NCBI GenBank assembly: GCA_964584025.1
Contig: CAZOYE010000010.1
Coordinates: 14,515 to 78,514 of the forward strand
Length of the DNA: 64,000 nt
DNA from: an uncultured Ignavibacteria bacterium
Lineage (GTDB): Bacteria; Zixibacteria; MSB-5A5; CAIYYT01
Direction of reading: 5' to 3'
Made by a program: the position numbers and the translations under genes. This document shows positions 47,301 to 55,908 of the stretch, in pieces; position 1 is the stretch's first letter; each line of letters opens with the position of its first letter. The notes under the pieces were generated by a model that searched no databases, had not been told where the DNA came from, and worked only from the letters and a program-made list of their open reading frames with translations.

Positions 47301-49267
47301 TCTTCGATGCCAATACTGGTGCGAACCTGATCGATTACATCGTCAGCGGTAACATCATGGGCACGGCGATTGCCAGTGGCACCGATGGCAACAACTACAT
47401 CGTCACCGCGATCCGCAACGCCAACGACGCCCAATCGGGCCGTCTGCTTTGCTTCGCGAACGGTGGCCCGCGTCCGCGTCTGAATATCCCTGAACTCCTG
47501 GTCCAGTTCACCGGCACCAATACGTCGGAAGCTGCTCCGGTTCAGAGAACCGACAATGACGCCGTTGTCAACACCGGTTGCGCGACTCTTAACGTTACGG
47601 CCACGCTTGAAGCCGGCGCTCCGCCGACCGCTCGCGTCATCTCCGACATTCATCCGGCTCTGGCGAACAAGGCGGAAGCTTTGGTTGCCGACTTGACGGA
47701 TTACACGGTCGAATCGATGATGGGCCGCGTTGCTCAGTCGATCAACACCAAGGGCGCTTCGATGTTCGAAGTGACCTCGGATGGCGAGACGATTGAAAAG
47801 GCGATCACGGCTGTGAAGCCGGCGATGGCCAATTCCGAGAGACTGGCTCCCCCGACCTGGGTGAGTTGGATTCTGCCGCTTTCGGGTGGCGCTTCGGTCA
47901 ACTTCGCAGTTGCCGGTGGTGGAAGTCAGGACTTTACGTTTGAGTTCGACCGCAGTGGAATGAACTTCCTTGCCCCGAACTACTACTATGTGTACATCGA
48001 TTCGGATGATCCGGATTACTTCGTCGAACAGTCCCCGCAGCCGTCCCCGCAGGCGATCATCGAGTACCAGATTGCGTACGAGTATTGTGCAAAAGACACA
48101 AGCCGTATCGACTTTGGTGCCGCTGGTAGCGCTTGGGCGACGAACTACGGCGCTCTGGCCGACGGCAACGTCGCGTTCGAATTCTCGCTGGATTCGAGCT
48201 CTGACGGCGCCTACGCCTACGAAGGCACCATGTTCTTCATGACGTCGATGGACGACGCCGCCTGGAACGTGTTTGGTAGCTTTGATGCTCAGTATCTCTA
48301 CCCGTTCTATGTCGGCCCGTTTGTCAACGGTGATTGTGGTGGCTGCGATATCGGCGTGAATCTCCCTGTCGAATACACAACTAATGGCGGCGCGACCTAC
48401 GCCCCGACCGTTGGTGATATTTGCACCTTCGCGATGATCGACTCGTTGCAGGGTATCCTGAATGCTCACCAGGCTGGTCCGTCGATCGGCTTGTTGATCG
48501 ATACCCGCGAAATCGGCACCTACGGCGCTGACTTCGCTGACTTCGCGTTGTTCGTCGTCGATGTTAACGAACGTAACGGCAACCCGATCACGGGTATGTA
48601 TTACGGCTCCTTCATGGATTGGGACATTGGCACAGACGGTGGCGGCGGCGACGTTGCCAAGGGCTTTGTCTACCAGAACGACGGCGTAGAAGTGCGCGGC
48701 TTTATCGGCCTGCCGCTTGCCGGTTCGTACTGGCCGGACGGCACCAAGACCGACCCGATGTACAATGCTCATATCCTTGAGAACTCGCTCGTTGTCTATC
48801 CGACCGCTCCGTGCTCCGACTGCTTACCGGATTCTCTGTATGCATTCGTGGACGGCGTGGCCGAAGGCGCTCTGGTTATCATGCCAGACGGCACCGGCCC
48901 GGATAAGTCGACGATTGCTACCTTCGGCAAGGCAAACATTGCCGGCGGCGGCACGCATAGCTACGGCTTCGCCATCTTCGGTCATGCCAACTCGGCTGAC
49001 CCGAACGGCGACACCGAAGCCATGAGCAAGTTCATCAACAAGTACGCCGGTTTCGCTCGCGGTGACGTGAACGACGACGACTTGATTGATCTCCGCGACC
49101 TGGTCAAGCTGAGCAACTACGTTGGCTCAGGCGGCCCTGGTCCGGCTCCGTTCAAGCACCTTGGCGACGTGAACAACGACGGCGTTGTTGACGCTGCTGA
49201 CTGCGCTTACCTGGCGGCTTACTACTTCACCGGTGGTGCCCCGCCGCAGAGCGCGTTCGTGTTCTAA
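44375..49267 (+). CDS. Giant secreted protein (~1630 aa): Pro/Gln-rich linker, three Cys-rich tandem ~165-aa modules, PQQ-like beta-propeller, divergent double dockerin-like C-terminus
   Basis: RBS AAGGAGG 7 nt before ATG 44375. Signal peptide MFKRLLLVVLTLALILGLSSMAFA. Three repeats each containing ECTLKT...(W/Y)ADxGG(L)PG...VDVS.ANL...HVGY...CC. PQQ-type motifs AVDLQTGALVWD, ALNATTGADLYS, KADLATGANIWA. C-terminus GDVNDDDLIDLRDLVKLSNYVGSGGPGP...GDVNNDGVVDAADCAYLAAYYFTGGAPP. Confidence 0.75.
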   Translation: MFKRLLLVVLTLALILGLSSMAFATKDPSSFKVGTYTIGTPGAGRALHQPQPIHPPTTPYSGGIAQPLPNPQQPAARSSAATCDWQAQYGTISFYFNGSAGFGQAVRWSQTNSAEVCSLKTISLLIYGAASTFGASAGVTSYVWADDGTGLPGAVIYSVNVPHASILFYPSYTDVDVSSANLVFSGVTEYHTGFIPNSIADTYACLMDNGDGGPNASTSLYIQGTGWFGNGGVFVSGDINWAQEIYTCCYEAGDPGICDTQLWHCGVVYRWPGFWAAERFTAAGECTLKTVRLSISSFGTAAYVGGIDALIYADNGGLPGTILGSVHVPDASITFAPGMTSVDVSGLGLVFNNEDYHVGYRPVNPAEDYQPIGDDGEIPATCPEGGVLRGSASLDLGATWDYMANIDIGYDDNWVFEVDYCCAAVVNLCDNLNYAGSPFYYWTEPDVYGDQFRNMRFTNAEYCTLKTVNLNFYAPGSVGAPGAQIYIWNSDGQFPTSVITTYNVNPVVDYFPTATSVDVSAANILLAGDYHVGYSTILNAPTDVLAILSDDGTTGSLRSSEFYSGQWWLMANSWGADVNFLIDVDRCCTPPGYCPIFCSPTDQWPTFSHDYARTGQSQLTLGDLCGIVKVWQYDGPAAVNGLNFTQPLIYNDLVYAAYNDRVVAVDLQTGALVWDTFTLGYGLIITNSLRCQMTIDPTGLYFGTGALRGFAKADLATGANIWARGVGVANPLPGTPGQTRFAGSVIVGNEVYFGCENSQIYALNATTGADLYSAQLYTDAGNTVKGSIYGPATTDGSDLFFGLTANLLGATNGLGAVISVSYGGAFTQNWKHISAFQAVLHENFAAGTTYRCDNLFVHASFAFGNQGDYSGYRQNLDPATGTPIWTSTFLMGQNIFCPPAAGNELVFFPNINNGFGSPNAGTRGVRAVNFANSTVWLNAASDAANNNVFNSPAVTCDPYVMYGSYDLIGFDYHWGIFDANTGANLIDYIVSGNIMGTAIASGTDGNNYIVTAIRNANDAQSGRLLCFANGGPRPRLNIPELLVQFTGTNTSEAAPVQRTDNDAVVNTGCATLNVTATLEAGAPPTARVISDIHPALANKAEALVADLTDYTVESMMGRVAQSINTKGASMFEVTSDGETIEKAITAVKPAMANSERLAPPTWVSWILPLSGGASVNFAVAGGGSQDFTFEFDRSGMNFLAPNYYYVYIDSDDPDYFVEQSPQPSPQAIIEYQIAYEYCAKDTSRIDFGAAGSAWATNYGALADGNVAFEFSLDSSSDGAYAYEGTMFFMTSMDDAAWNVFGSFDAQYLYPFYVGPFVNGDCGGCDIGVNLPVEYTTNGGATYAPTVGDICTFAMIDSLQGILNAHQAGPSIGLLIDTREIGTYGADFADFALFVVDVNERNGNPITGMYYGSFMDWDIGTDGGGGDVAKGFVYQNDGVEVRGFIGLPLAGSYWPDGTKTDPMYNAHILENSLVVYPTAPCSDCLPDSLYAFVDGVAEGALVIMPDGTGPDKSTIATFGKANIAGGGTHSYGFAIFGHANSADPNGDTEAMSKFINKYAGFARGDVNDDDLIDLRDLVKLSNYVGSGGPGPAPFKHLGDVNNDGVVDAADCAYLAAYYFTGGAPPQSAFVF

Positions 49268-49295
49268 TCTGACAGATATCTGTTAGGATAGATCG

Positions 49296-49329
49296 CCGGG
49301 GTCTCGGAAACGAGACCCCGGTTTTTTTT
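49296..49329 (+). terminator. Rho-independent terminator after the giant gene
   Basis: CCGGGGTCTCG gaaa CGAGACCCCGG followed by TTTTTTTT. Confidence 0.7.
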
Positions 49330-49410
49330 CGCCCTGATTGCCGCTTGCCGTAAAGCTGTTGGCGAATCTGGAACTGCCGATTCATATTAGGTGTTGAAGA
49401 AAGAGACACT

Positions 49411-50478
49411 ATGGCTACCTCAGTTGCAGAATCCGTGATAAATGACATCATCGCAGTCGTTGCGCGCTACGTGACCGTCGACGGCTATTATTCTCGGCGG
49501 CGGGAGATCAATATTCGCGCCAGTCTCGAGCAGGCGCCCGCGGACTGGAAGCTGCAGTTATCGCGCGAACTGGCTCCCCTCGGCTACTCGCTGTCGGTGC
49601 ATGTCAACGGAATGACGGCGCATCTTCAGATCTATCCCGGCGGCAAGCGCTTCCCGTGGCTGAATATCCTGCTGTTCGTCTTAACGGCGATTTCCGTCTC
49701 GATCCTGCCCGGGCTTTTCAGTGAAGGCACCCGTATCTTCAGCGAGCCCGCCGTGTTTCTGCACTGGCAGAAGTTTGCCGTTCCACTGCTCTTGATTCTG
49801 CTCTTTCATGAATTCGGCCATTACCTGGCGGCGCGACGCCGGGGGATTCGCGTATCGTTGCCGTACTTTCTGCCCGCACCGACGATCATTGGGACATTCG
49901 GCGCCTTCATCAAGTCGAACTCTCCGTTTCCGTCGCGCCGCGATTTAATGGAGGTCGGCGCTTACGGACCGATCGCGGGGTTTGTCGTCGCCGTGGGCGT
50001 GCTCGCTGTGGCTCTGGCGGACGTGACCTACCGTCTGACGCCACCGATTGCAGAGGGCGGTATGCTGGTGGAGCCGCTGATTATGCGGCTACTTGAGGCG
50101 CTCATCTGGACACATCCCTCGCCCGCAGGATACAATATCTATCTGCAGGACAATCCGCTGCTTTTCGCTGCCTGGGTCGGAATGATCGTGACCGCCCTCA
50201 ATCTTCTGCCGGTGGGTCAGCTCGACGGCGGGCATATCGTCTATTCACTTTCGCCGCGCTGGCACTATTGGATTTCGCGCCTCATGTTTGGCTTCATGGT
50301 GGCGATGGGATTCATGTGGGAGGGCTGGTGGATCTGGGCGGCGATGGTTTTCTTCGTGATTCGCTTCGCTCATCCGCCGACGCTCAACGATTATGAGCCG
50401 ATTGACCGCCGCACGCGCTGGACCGGATTTGCCGCGCTGGCGATCTTTGTTCTGACGTTCTCGCCGGTACCGTTCTGA
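49411..50478 (+). CDS. Site-2 protease family (M50) intramembrane metalloprotease
   Basis: HEFGHYLAARRRG (HExxH) in a TM segment. LNLLPVGQLDGGHIV matches the LDG motif. Multiple TM. Confidence 0.8.
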   Translation: MATSVAESVINDIIAVVARYVTVDGYYSRRREINIRASLEQAPADWKLQLSRELAPLGYSLSVHVNGMTAHLQIYPGGKRFPWLNILLFVLTAISVSILPGLFSEGTRIFSEPAVFLHWQKFAVPLLLILLFHEFGHYLAARRRGIRVSLPYFLPAPTIIGTFGAFIKSNSPFPSRRDLMEVGAYGPIAGFVVAVGVLAVALADVTYRLTPPIAEGGMLVEPLIMRLLEALIWTHPSPAGYNIYLQDNPLLFAAWVGMIVTALNLLPVGQLDGGHIVYSLSPRWHYWISRLMFGFMVAMGFMWEGWWIWAAMVFFVIRFAHPPTLNDYEPIDRRTRWTGFAALAIFVLTFSPVPF

Positions 50479-50509
50479 TTGCGTGAAAATCCGAAAACTG
50501 AGGCGTGGG

Positions 50510-52033
50510 CTACGAGACGTTGGCGTGGGCATGCTGCTCGTCCGTCTCAGCGACGAAATTGTAGATCGTGTCGAGCTTGTCGCGGTTCTTCTGGATTGCT
50601 TCGATGAAGATCTCAACGATCTGGGGATCAAATTGCCTGCCGGCGAAATCGCGCAGTTCCTGTACGGCCGCTGCGATGCTCTTGCCGCGCCGATACGGGC
50701 GGTCGGTAACGATGGCGTCAAACGTGTCGGCGACCGCGAGAATGCGCCCCTCGACGGGTATGCCCTCGGCCGTTAATCCGGCTGGATAGCCGGAACCATC
50801 CCACTGCTCGTGATGCGACATGATATAGGGGAGACACGGCTGCAGAAAGGGAATGCCTTCGATCATGCGGGCGCCGACTTCGGTGTGGCGCTGCATAATG
50901 ACGCGCTCGGAATCGGTGAGGCGGCCCGGTTTGTTAAGAATCGAATCGGGTACGCCGATCTTGCCGATGTCGTGAAGAGAACAGCCCATCGTCAGAGTGA
51001 AAATCCTCTCGTCATCCCACTCGAGCTGTTTGGCGATGAGTTCCGCCAGATAGGTAACGCGCACGGTGTGCCCGGAAGTGTAGCGGTCGCGGGCTTCAAC
51101 GGCATTGGCGAGCGCGATGATCGTCGACAAGTACGCCTTTTCGAGGTCATCGTAGAGTTTCGAATTGGAAATGGCGTAGGCCGCTTTGGAGGCGATCACC
51201 TTCAAGCATTGCAGTTCTCCCGTTGAAAATTCGCGATAGAGGCTGTTGCGGGCGATATTGAGCACGCCTAAGACCCGGCCGCGTACCAGCAGCGGGCAGG
51301 ACAACAGCGACTCCACACGCGACTGGCTGGCGGCGTCGATTAAAGCGGGGTTCTCGAAGTAGATATTCTCGATTTCGATCACGCGGGATTCGGCGGCAGC
51401 CTGCGAGTGCCGCGTCCGTCCTTCGAGAAACTCCCGATCGACCGGAATCTCCGGAACCGTTTGAATCGCCTGGAGAATGAAGCGATTGGCCAACGCCTGG
51501 TCGTAGAAGAGGATCGAAGCGCCGTCGGCGTTGAATTCTTTGATTGTCAGCCGCAGCACCTGATTGAGAGCGGTTCCGAGATGAATCGTCGACCCCATCG
51601 CTTCGGCGATCTTGAACAGGGCGAGTTGTTCCTTGAGGTGGATGTTCTCGCGCGCCAGCATCTGCTTGCGCAGCCCGCGTTCCACGATCGCGAGGAGATT
51701 CTCCATCTTGAACGGCTTAACGATATAGTCGTAGGCGCCATGCTTGAGCGCGTCGATGGCGTTCTCCATCGTCGGGTAGCCGGTCATGAGAATGACAATG
51801 GTATCCTCGGCATGTTCAAGGGCGGCTTCGATCATTTGCATGCCGGAATGCGAGCCCATCATCAGGTCGGTGAGCACGAGGTCGAACTGGCTGGATTTGA
51901 GCATCGCCAGAGCCTTCTGAGGGTCGCTTTCGGCGATGACGCGATAGGAGTCGTGGACCTGGATCATCTCCCGGACGACATCACAGACGATCGGCTCGTC
52001 GTCGATTACTAGGACCCTGTGTTTGTGGATCAT
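50510..52033 (-). CDS. Response regulator with GAF and HD-GYP (c-di-GMP phosphodiesterase) domains
   Basis: REC (VLVIDDEP...DLVLTDLMM). HD-GYP motifs HTVRV...LHDIGKIGVPD...GYP. Confidence 0.8.
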   Translation of the reverse strand: MIHKHRVLVIDDEPIVCDVVREMIQVHDSYRVIAESDPQKALAMLKSSQFDLVLTDLMMGSHSGMQMIEAALEHAEDTIVILMTGYPTMENAIDALKHGAYDYIVKPFKMENLLAIVERGLRKQMLARENIHLKEQLALFKIAEAMGSTIHLGTALNQVLRLTIKEFNADGASILFYDQALANRFILQAIQTVPEIPVDREFLEGRTRHSQAAAESRVIEIENIYFENPALIDAASQSRVESLLSCPLLVRGRVLGVLNIARNSLYREFSTGELQCLKVIASKAAYAISNSKLYDDLEKAYLSTIIALANAVEARDRYTSGHTVRVTYLAELIAKQLEWDDERIFTLTMGCSLHDIGKIGVPDSILNKPGRLTDSERVIMQRHTEVGARMIEGIPFLQPCLPYIMSHHEQWDGSGYPAGLTAEGIPVEGRILAVADTFDAIVTDRPYRRGKSIAAAVQELRDFAGRQFDPQIVEIFIEAIQKNRDKLDTIYNFVAETDEQHAHANVS

Positions 52034-52246
52034 GCTGCCCTGTGAACCTGTCCTCTGTTAACTTAATGCGTCCGGTAAGTACTAACGCTTTTTTGCCTAA
52101 CCCATTCCAACTCACCTCTTGTATCGTCCACTCCGCGAACTCAGATTACCCGGCACGCTGTGCAAATGTTGGCCTAATGCGGCGGATGTGCGAAAAACGC
52201 GCATGAAGTCTTGACAGAAGCGCCGATATTATTAATAGTAAGTTTC

Positions 52247-52795
52247 ATGCTGGTAACACGTACCGATTTGATCATCATGGCCTGCCTGTCAGAGCAACCC
52301 GCGCACGGTTGGGATATCGACCGCCGACTGGTTGAGATGGGCGCCGATCTCTGGGCCGAATACTCACGCCCGAATCTCTACTATGCCTTGCGCAAACTCG
52401 AGCGCGGCGGCATGATTGAACGCGTCAAGCAGGGCGCGCAGGGGCTACGTAAACCGTACCGAATCACTTCGCGCGGGCAGGCGGCGCTGCACGACACCGC
52501 CAATCTGGAACAGCTGTTTCACAGTCGGACTTACTTCGATTTCGATCTGATTCTGGGATTTGCCGGGCAGCTGGCGTCGCGCGATACCGACTGGGCCGCC
52601 TTGATCGAACGCCGTCAGGAAGAGCTCAGCAGCGAACTCGACCGCGCGCAGGAATTGTGGCAGCAGGCGGAAATGACCGCGGGGATATCTTTCGGGCGGC
52701 AGGCTGCCATGCGCCACCGCATCAAGTTTCTCAAGTCGGAAATGGAGTTCGTCAAGTGGCTGGCGAAAAATGCGCCGGAGGACTGGACGAAGTAA
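52247..52795 (+). CDS. PadR-family transcriptional regulator
   Basis: LSEQPAHGWDIDRRL...LYYALRKLERGGMIER winged-helix PadR signature. Start placed at ATG 52247 (the track's 52211 start is a TTG within a TTGACA box). Confidence 0.7.
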   Translation: MLVTRTDLIIMACLSEQPAHGWDIDRRLVEMGADLWAEYSRPNLYYALRKLERGGMIERVKQGAQGLRKPYRITSRGQAALHDTANLEQLFHSRTYFDFDLILGFAGQLASRDTDWAALIERRQEELSSELDRAQELWQQAEMTAGISFGRQAAMRHRIKFLKSEMEFVKWLAKNAPEDWTK

Positions 52796-52801
52796 AACAG
52801 A

Positions 52802-52829
52802 AGATCCGCCCGCGGCTGCAGACGGATCT
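52802..52829. terminator. Hairpin between convergent PadR and trxB genes
   Basis: AGATCCG...CGGATCT inverted repeat with a weak T tract. Confidence 0.3.
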
Positions 52830-52854
52830 TGTATCTTGAGTAATCTGTTCGCGA

Positions 52855-53811
52855 CTACTTGACGCCGGCAGCGCTTACGCCGGCTTCTTTGTCTTCCAAC
52901 TCTTCGATGTACTTCGATGCCGCCATCGCCGCTGTCGTGGCATCGCCAACCGCGTTGGTTACCTGCCGGACAAGTTGGTGGCGAACATCACCGCAGGCGA
53001 AAAGGCCCTTGATCGATGTCTGCATGTTCTCATCAGTCAGTATGTAGCCGTTTTCGTCGGTCGCCACAGGCTCGCGGGTAATCTTGGAGTTAGGGACGAA
53101 ACCGATGAAGACAAAAACGGCGCCGCAGTCGACGCGTTCGCTCTTCCCTGTCCTGGTGTTGCGGACATTAACATGCGTAACCTTGGCATTGCCCTCGATC
53201 GACTCAACCACGCTGTCCCAGATGAACTCCAATTTCGGATTCCGAAAGGCCCGATCTTGAATAATCTTCTGCGCGCGCAGTTTGTCGCGCCGATGAATAA
53301 GAATCACCTTGGAGCCGTACTTGGTGAGAAAGATGCCTTCTTCGACGGCGGCGTCACCGCCGCCGACAACCACGATCACCTGGTTCTTGAAGAACGCGCC
53401 GTCGCAAATTGCGCAGTAGGATACTCCTTTGCCGGCAAATTCCTTCTCACCCGGCACCTTGAGAAGATTCGGCGAGCCGCCCGTGGCAAGTATCACAGTC
53501 TTGCTTGTAAACGAAGATTCCGCCGTCTTGATGAAGAATCGGTCACCTTCTTTGTAGACCTCCTCAACGGTGTCGCTGATGATCTCCAGTCCGAATTTGC
53601 GAGCATGGGATTCAAACCGTGCGGCCAGCTCCGAACCGAGAATGTGCTCGAATCCGGGATAGTCTTCCACCTCCGCCGTATTCGCAATCTGCCCGCCGGG
53701 GAGGTACTTCTCAATGGAGAGCGTCTTGAGATTGGCGCGGGCGCCGTACATTCCTGCTGTCAGCCCGGCCGGTCCGCCGCCAATGATGATGATATCGTAG
53801 TCAGTGTTCAT
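52855..53811 (-). CDS. trxB: Thioredoxin-disulfide reductase
   Basis: IIIGGGPAGLTAG FAD site. Redox-active CAICDG. GGGDAAVEEG NADPH site. Confidence 0.9.
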   Translation of the reverse strand: MNTDYDIIIIGGGPAGLTAGMYGARANLKTLSIEKYLPGGQIANTAEVEDYPGFEHILGSELAARFESHARKFGLEIISDTVEEVYKEGDRFFIKTAESSFTSKTVILATGGSPNLLKVPGEKEFAGKGVSYCAICDGAFFKNQVIVVVGGGDAAVEEGIFLTKYGSKVILIHRRDKLRAQKIIQDRAFRNPKLEFIWDSVVESIEGNAKVTHVNVRNTRTGKSERVDCGAVFVFIGFVPNSKITREPVATDENGYILTDENMQTSIKGLFACGDVRHQLVRQVTNAVGDATTAAMAASKYIEELEDKEAGVSAAGVK

Positions 53812-53908
53812 AAACCCTCAACTGCCTGTTGCTCACGTCCGTACGGGCGGCAAACTCGACAAAACCCACTATGCTATCTAAACCTGATCGAAAGAAATTG
53901 TTCCCCTG

Positions 53909-54457
53909 CTACCAGTCAATGGCTTTCTGAGCCAGTATTCCCTGCTGAAACGGATGTTTGATCTCGCGCATCTCGGTAACGAGGTCAGCCAACTCGATCA
54001 GCTCTGGGGCCGCGTTGCGACCGGTAATGACGAGATGCAACTGGGCAGGTTTGTTTCGGACCAATTCAAGTACGGACTCAAGCGTGATTAACTTCAAGTC
54101 CACCGCCACGTTGAGTTCGTCGAGAATCACGATATCGTATCTACCCGATTGAACTACCGCCGCTGCATTCTCCAAACCTTGCCGGGCAGCCACCTCGTGG
54201 ACTTGGCGGTCTTTGTTATCGTCGATAATTCCTACAAATCCTTCTCCGACCTGCTCCATTTCGACGAATTCCGAGAGGAGTTTGATCCCCTTGAGTTCGC
54301 CATATTTCCAACTGCCCTTGACGAACTGCAGGATCTTGATCTTCTTTCCGTAGCCTGCCGCCCGAATGCACATGCCAAGCGCTGCAGTGGTCTTACCCTT
54401 GCCATTCCCGGTATAAACGATTACTAAACCCTTGTTCTCTTCTACTTTTGCGGTCAT
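53909..54457 (-). CDS. cobO: Cob(I)yrinic acid a,c-diamide adenosyltransferase (CobO/BtuR)
   Basis: VIVYTGNGKGKTTAALG P-loop typical of CobA/BtuR. Start trimmed to ATG 54457, which has a GGAGG RBS. Confidence 0.8.
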   Translation of the reverse strand: MTAKVEENKGLVIVYTGNGKGKTTAALGMCIRAAGYGKKIKILQFVKGSWKYGELKGIKLLSEFVEMEQVGEGFVGIIDDNKDRQVHEVAARQGLENAAAVVQSGRYDIVILDELNVAVDLKLITLESVLELVRNKPAQLHLVITGRNAAPELIELADLVTEMREIKHPFQQGILAQKAIDW

Positions 54458-54806
54458 TTCAACTCCTCGGCACAATCATCAGAAACAATACGAAGCTTTG
54501 CCGGTCTTGTAAAGCTTTAACCACCAAGAGTTAACGAATTCAATCGACTGGTCGTCAATGACTTACAATCAAAGCCAATGTGAAAAAAATCACTAAATAA
54601 TAGTTGACACAAATTATAGTAATTTTTATGTTGAGCCCAGCGATGTATTTGGCGAAAAACACAATATAGAGAAGGAAAGAACTGCGGTAGCCGGCGAGTG
54701 ACGACTTATGCAAGAAAGTATTGTGAAATCTTTCACATTATTGTCGGCGCGCACTGACGCTTGCCGCATGCCATCTGATCTCTAATGCAGGGAAAGAGGT
54801 ATCGCC

Positions 54807-55214
54807 ATGCAGTTCACAAAAGCTGAAGAATACGGAATCTTCGGCATCATGTATCTGGCCGCACAGCAGCCGGGACGGATTACGCCGCTTTCCGAAATTT
54901 CGGAAAACCAGAAAGTCCCGGAGAAGTTTCTGGCCAAGATCTTCCAGTCTCTTTCGCGCTCCGGACTGATACGGTCACACCGCGGCGTTAAGGGCGGATT
55001 TACGCTCGGAAAGACTCCGGAAGAAATCACCATCAAAGAGGTTGTCGAGAGCATTCAGGGACCCTATTTTATCTCCAAGTGCCTCACCGAACCGATCGAC
55101 GGTCAGTCGCCGGCGATGTTGAGCCTGCGCAAGTTGCTGGAAGAAGCCCAGGGCCGACTGCTGCGGGTCTTCTCCGAGCATACGATCAAAGATCTGATCG
55201 ATTGGCAGGACTAA
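54807..55214 (+). CDS. Rrf2-family transcriptional regulator
   Basis: MQFTKAEEYGIFGIMYLA...LAKIFQSLSRSGLIRSHRGVKGGFTL Rrf2 HTH signature. Confidence 0.85.
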   Translation: MQFTKAEEYGIFGIMYLAAQQPGRITPLSEISENQKVPEKFLAKIFQSLSRSGLIRSHRGVKGGFTLGKTPEEITIKEVVESIQGPYFISKCLTEPIDGQSPAMLSLRKLLEEAQGRLLRVFSEHTIKDLIDWQD

Positions 55215-55269
55215 ACCGCCCGTTCTTACCTTGTCGCCGGTTGAGAACTTTGCTTAATATGGATCATAT

Positions 55270-55830
55270 ATGTCGATAAAGCCGGACCACTGGATCGTCC
55301 GCATGGCGCGGACGCACAAGATGATCGAGCCCTTCGCGCACAAACAGGTCGCCCGTAAAGTGATCTCGTTTGGCGTTTCGGCTTACGGCTACGACATGCG
55401 GCTGTCCGATGAGTTCCAAGTCTACACGCCCGTTCATGCGGCGGTTCTGGACCCCAAGGAGCATTCCCCTGATGACTTTGTGAAGATGAAGCGGGCGACG
55501 ATCAAGATTCCGCCTAATTCCTTTGTGCTTGCACGCAGCCTCGAGTATTTCCGCATTCCGCGCGATGTCCTCGCGATCTGCTTCGGCAAATCCACCTACG
55601 CGCGCTGCGGCGTAGTCGTTAATGTGACGCCCCTCGAACCGGAATGGGAGGGCTTCGTCACTATTTCCATTTCCAATACCTCTCCCCTGCCGGTCAAGCT
55701 CTACGCCCGCGAGGGAATCGCCCAGGTGCTGTTCCTCGGCGCCGACGAGATTTGCCGCGTGTCTTATGCCGACAAGAAAGGGAAATATCAGGCGCAGAAA
55801 GCGATTACCAACGCGCGCATCAAGCGTTAG
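55270..55830 (+). CDS. dcd: dCTP deaminase
   Basis: [10 protein letters not shown]...[10 protein letters not shown]...typical Dcd/dUTPase-fold motifs. 186 aa. Confidence 0.9.
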   Translation: MSIKPDHWIVRMARTHKMIEPFAHKQVARKVISFGVSAYGYDMRLSDEFQVYTPVHAAVLDPKEHSPDDFVKMKRATIKIPPNSFVLARSLEYFRIPRDVLAICFGKSTYARCGVVVNVTPLEPEWEGFVTISISNTSPLPVKLYAREGIAQVLFLGADEICRVSYADKKGKYQAQKAITNARIKR

Positions 55831-55908
55831 ACCGCCGGCGCCATGTTCCAATGAAGATAGTTGCGACGTCGTGTGACGCCGCTTTAAGAAAGGATCAGGT
55901 GATCTTTC

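Noticed and set aside
46691-48772. 693-aa minus-strand ORF inside the giant gene
   Set aside because: It is entirely antisense to a well-supported 4.9-kb CDS with signal peptide, repeats and dockerin-like tail. The long open frame is expected by chance in GC-rich DNA, and the translation is Arg/Val/Gly-rich with no motifs.
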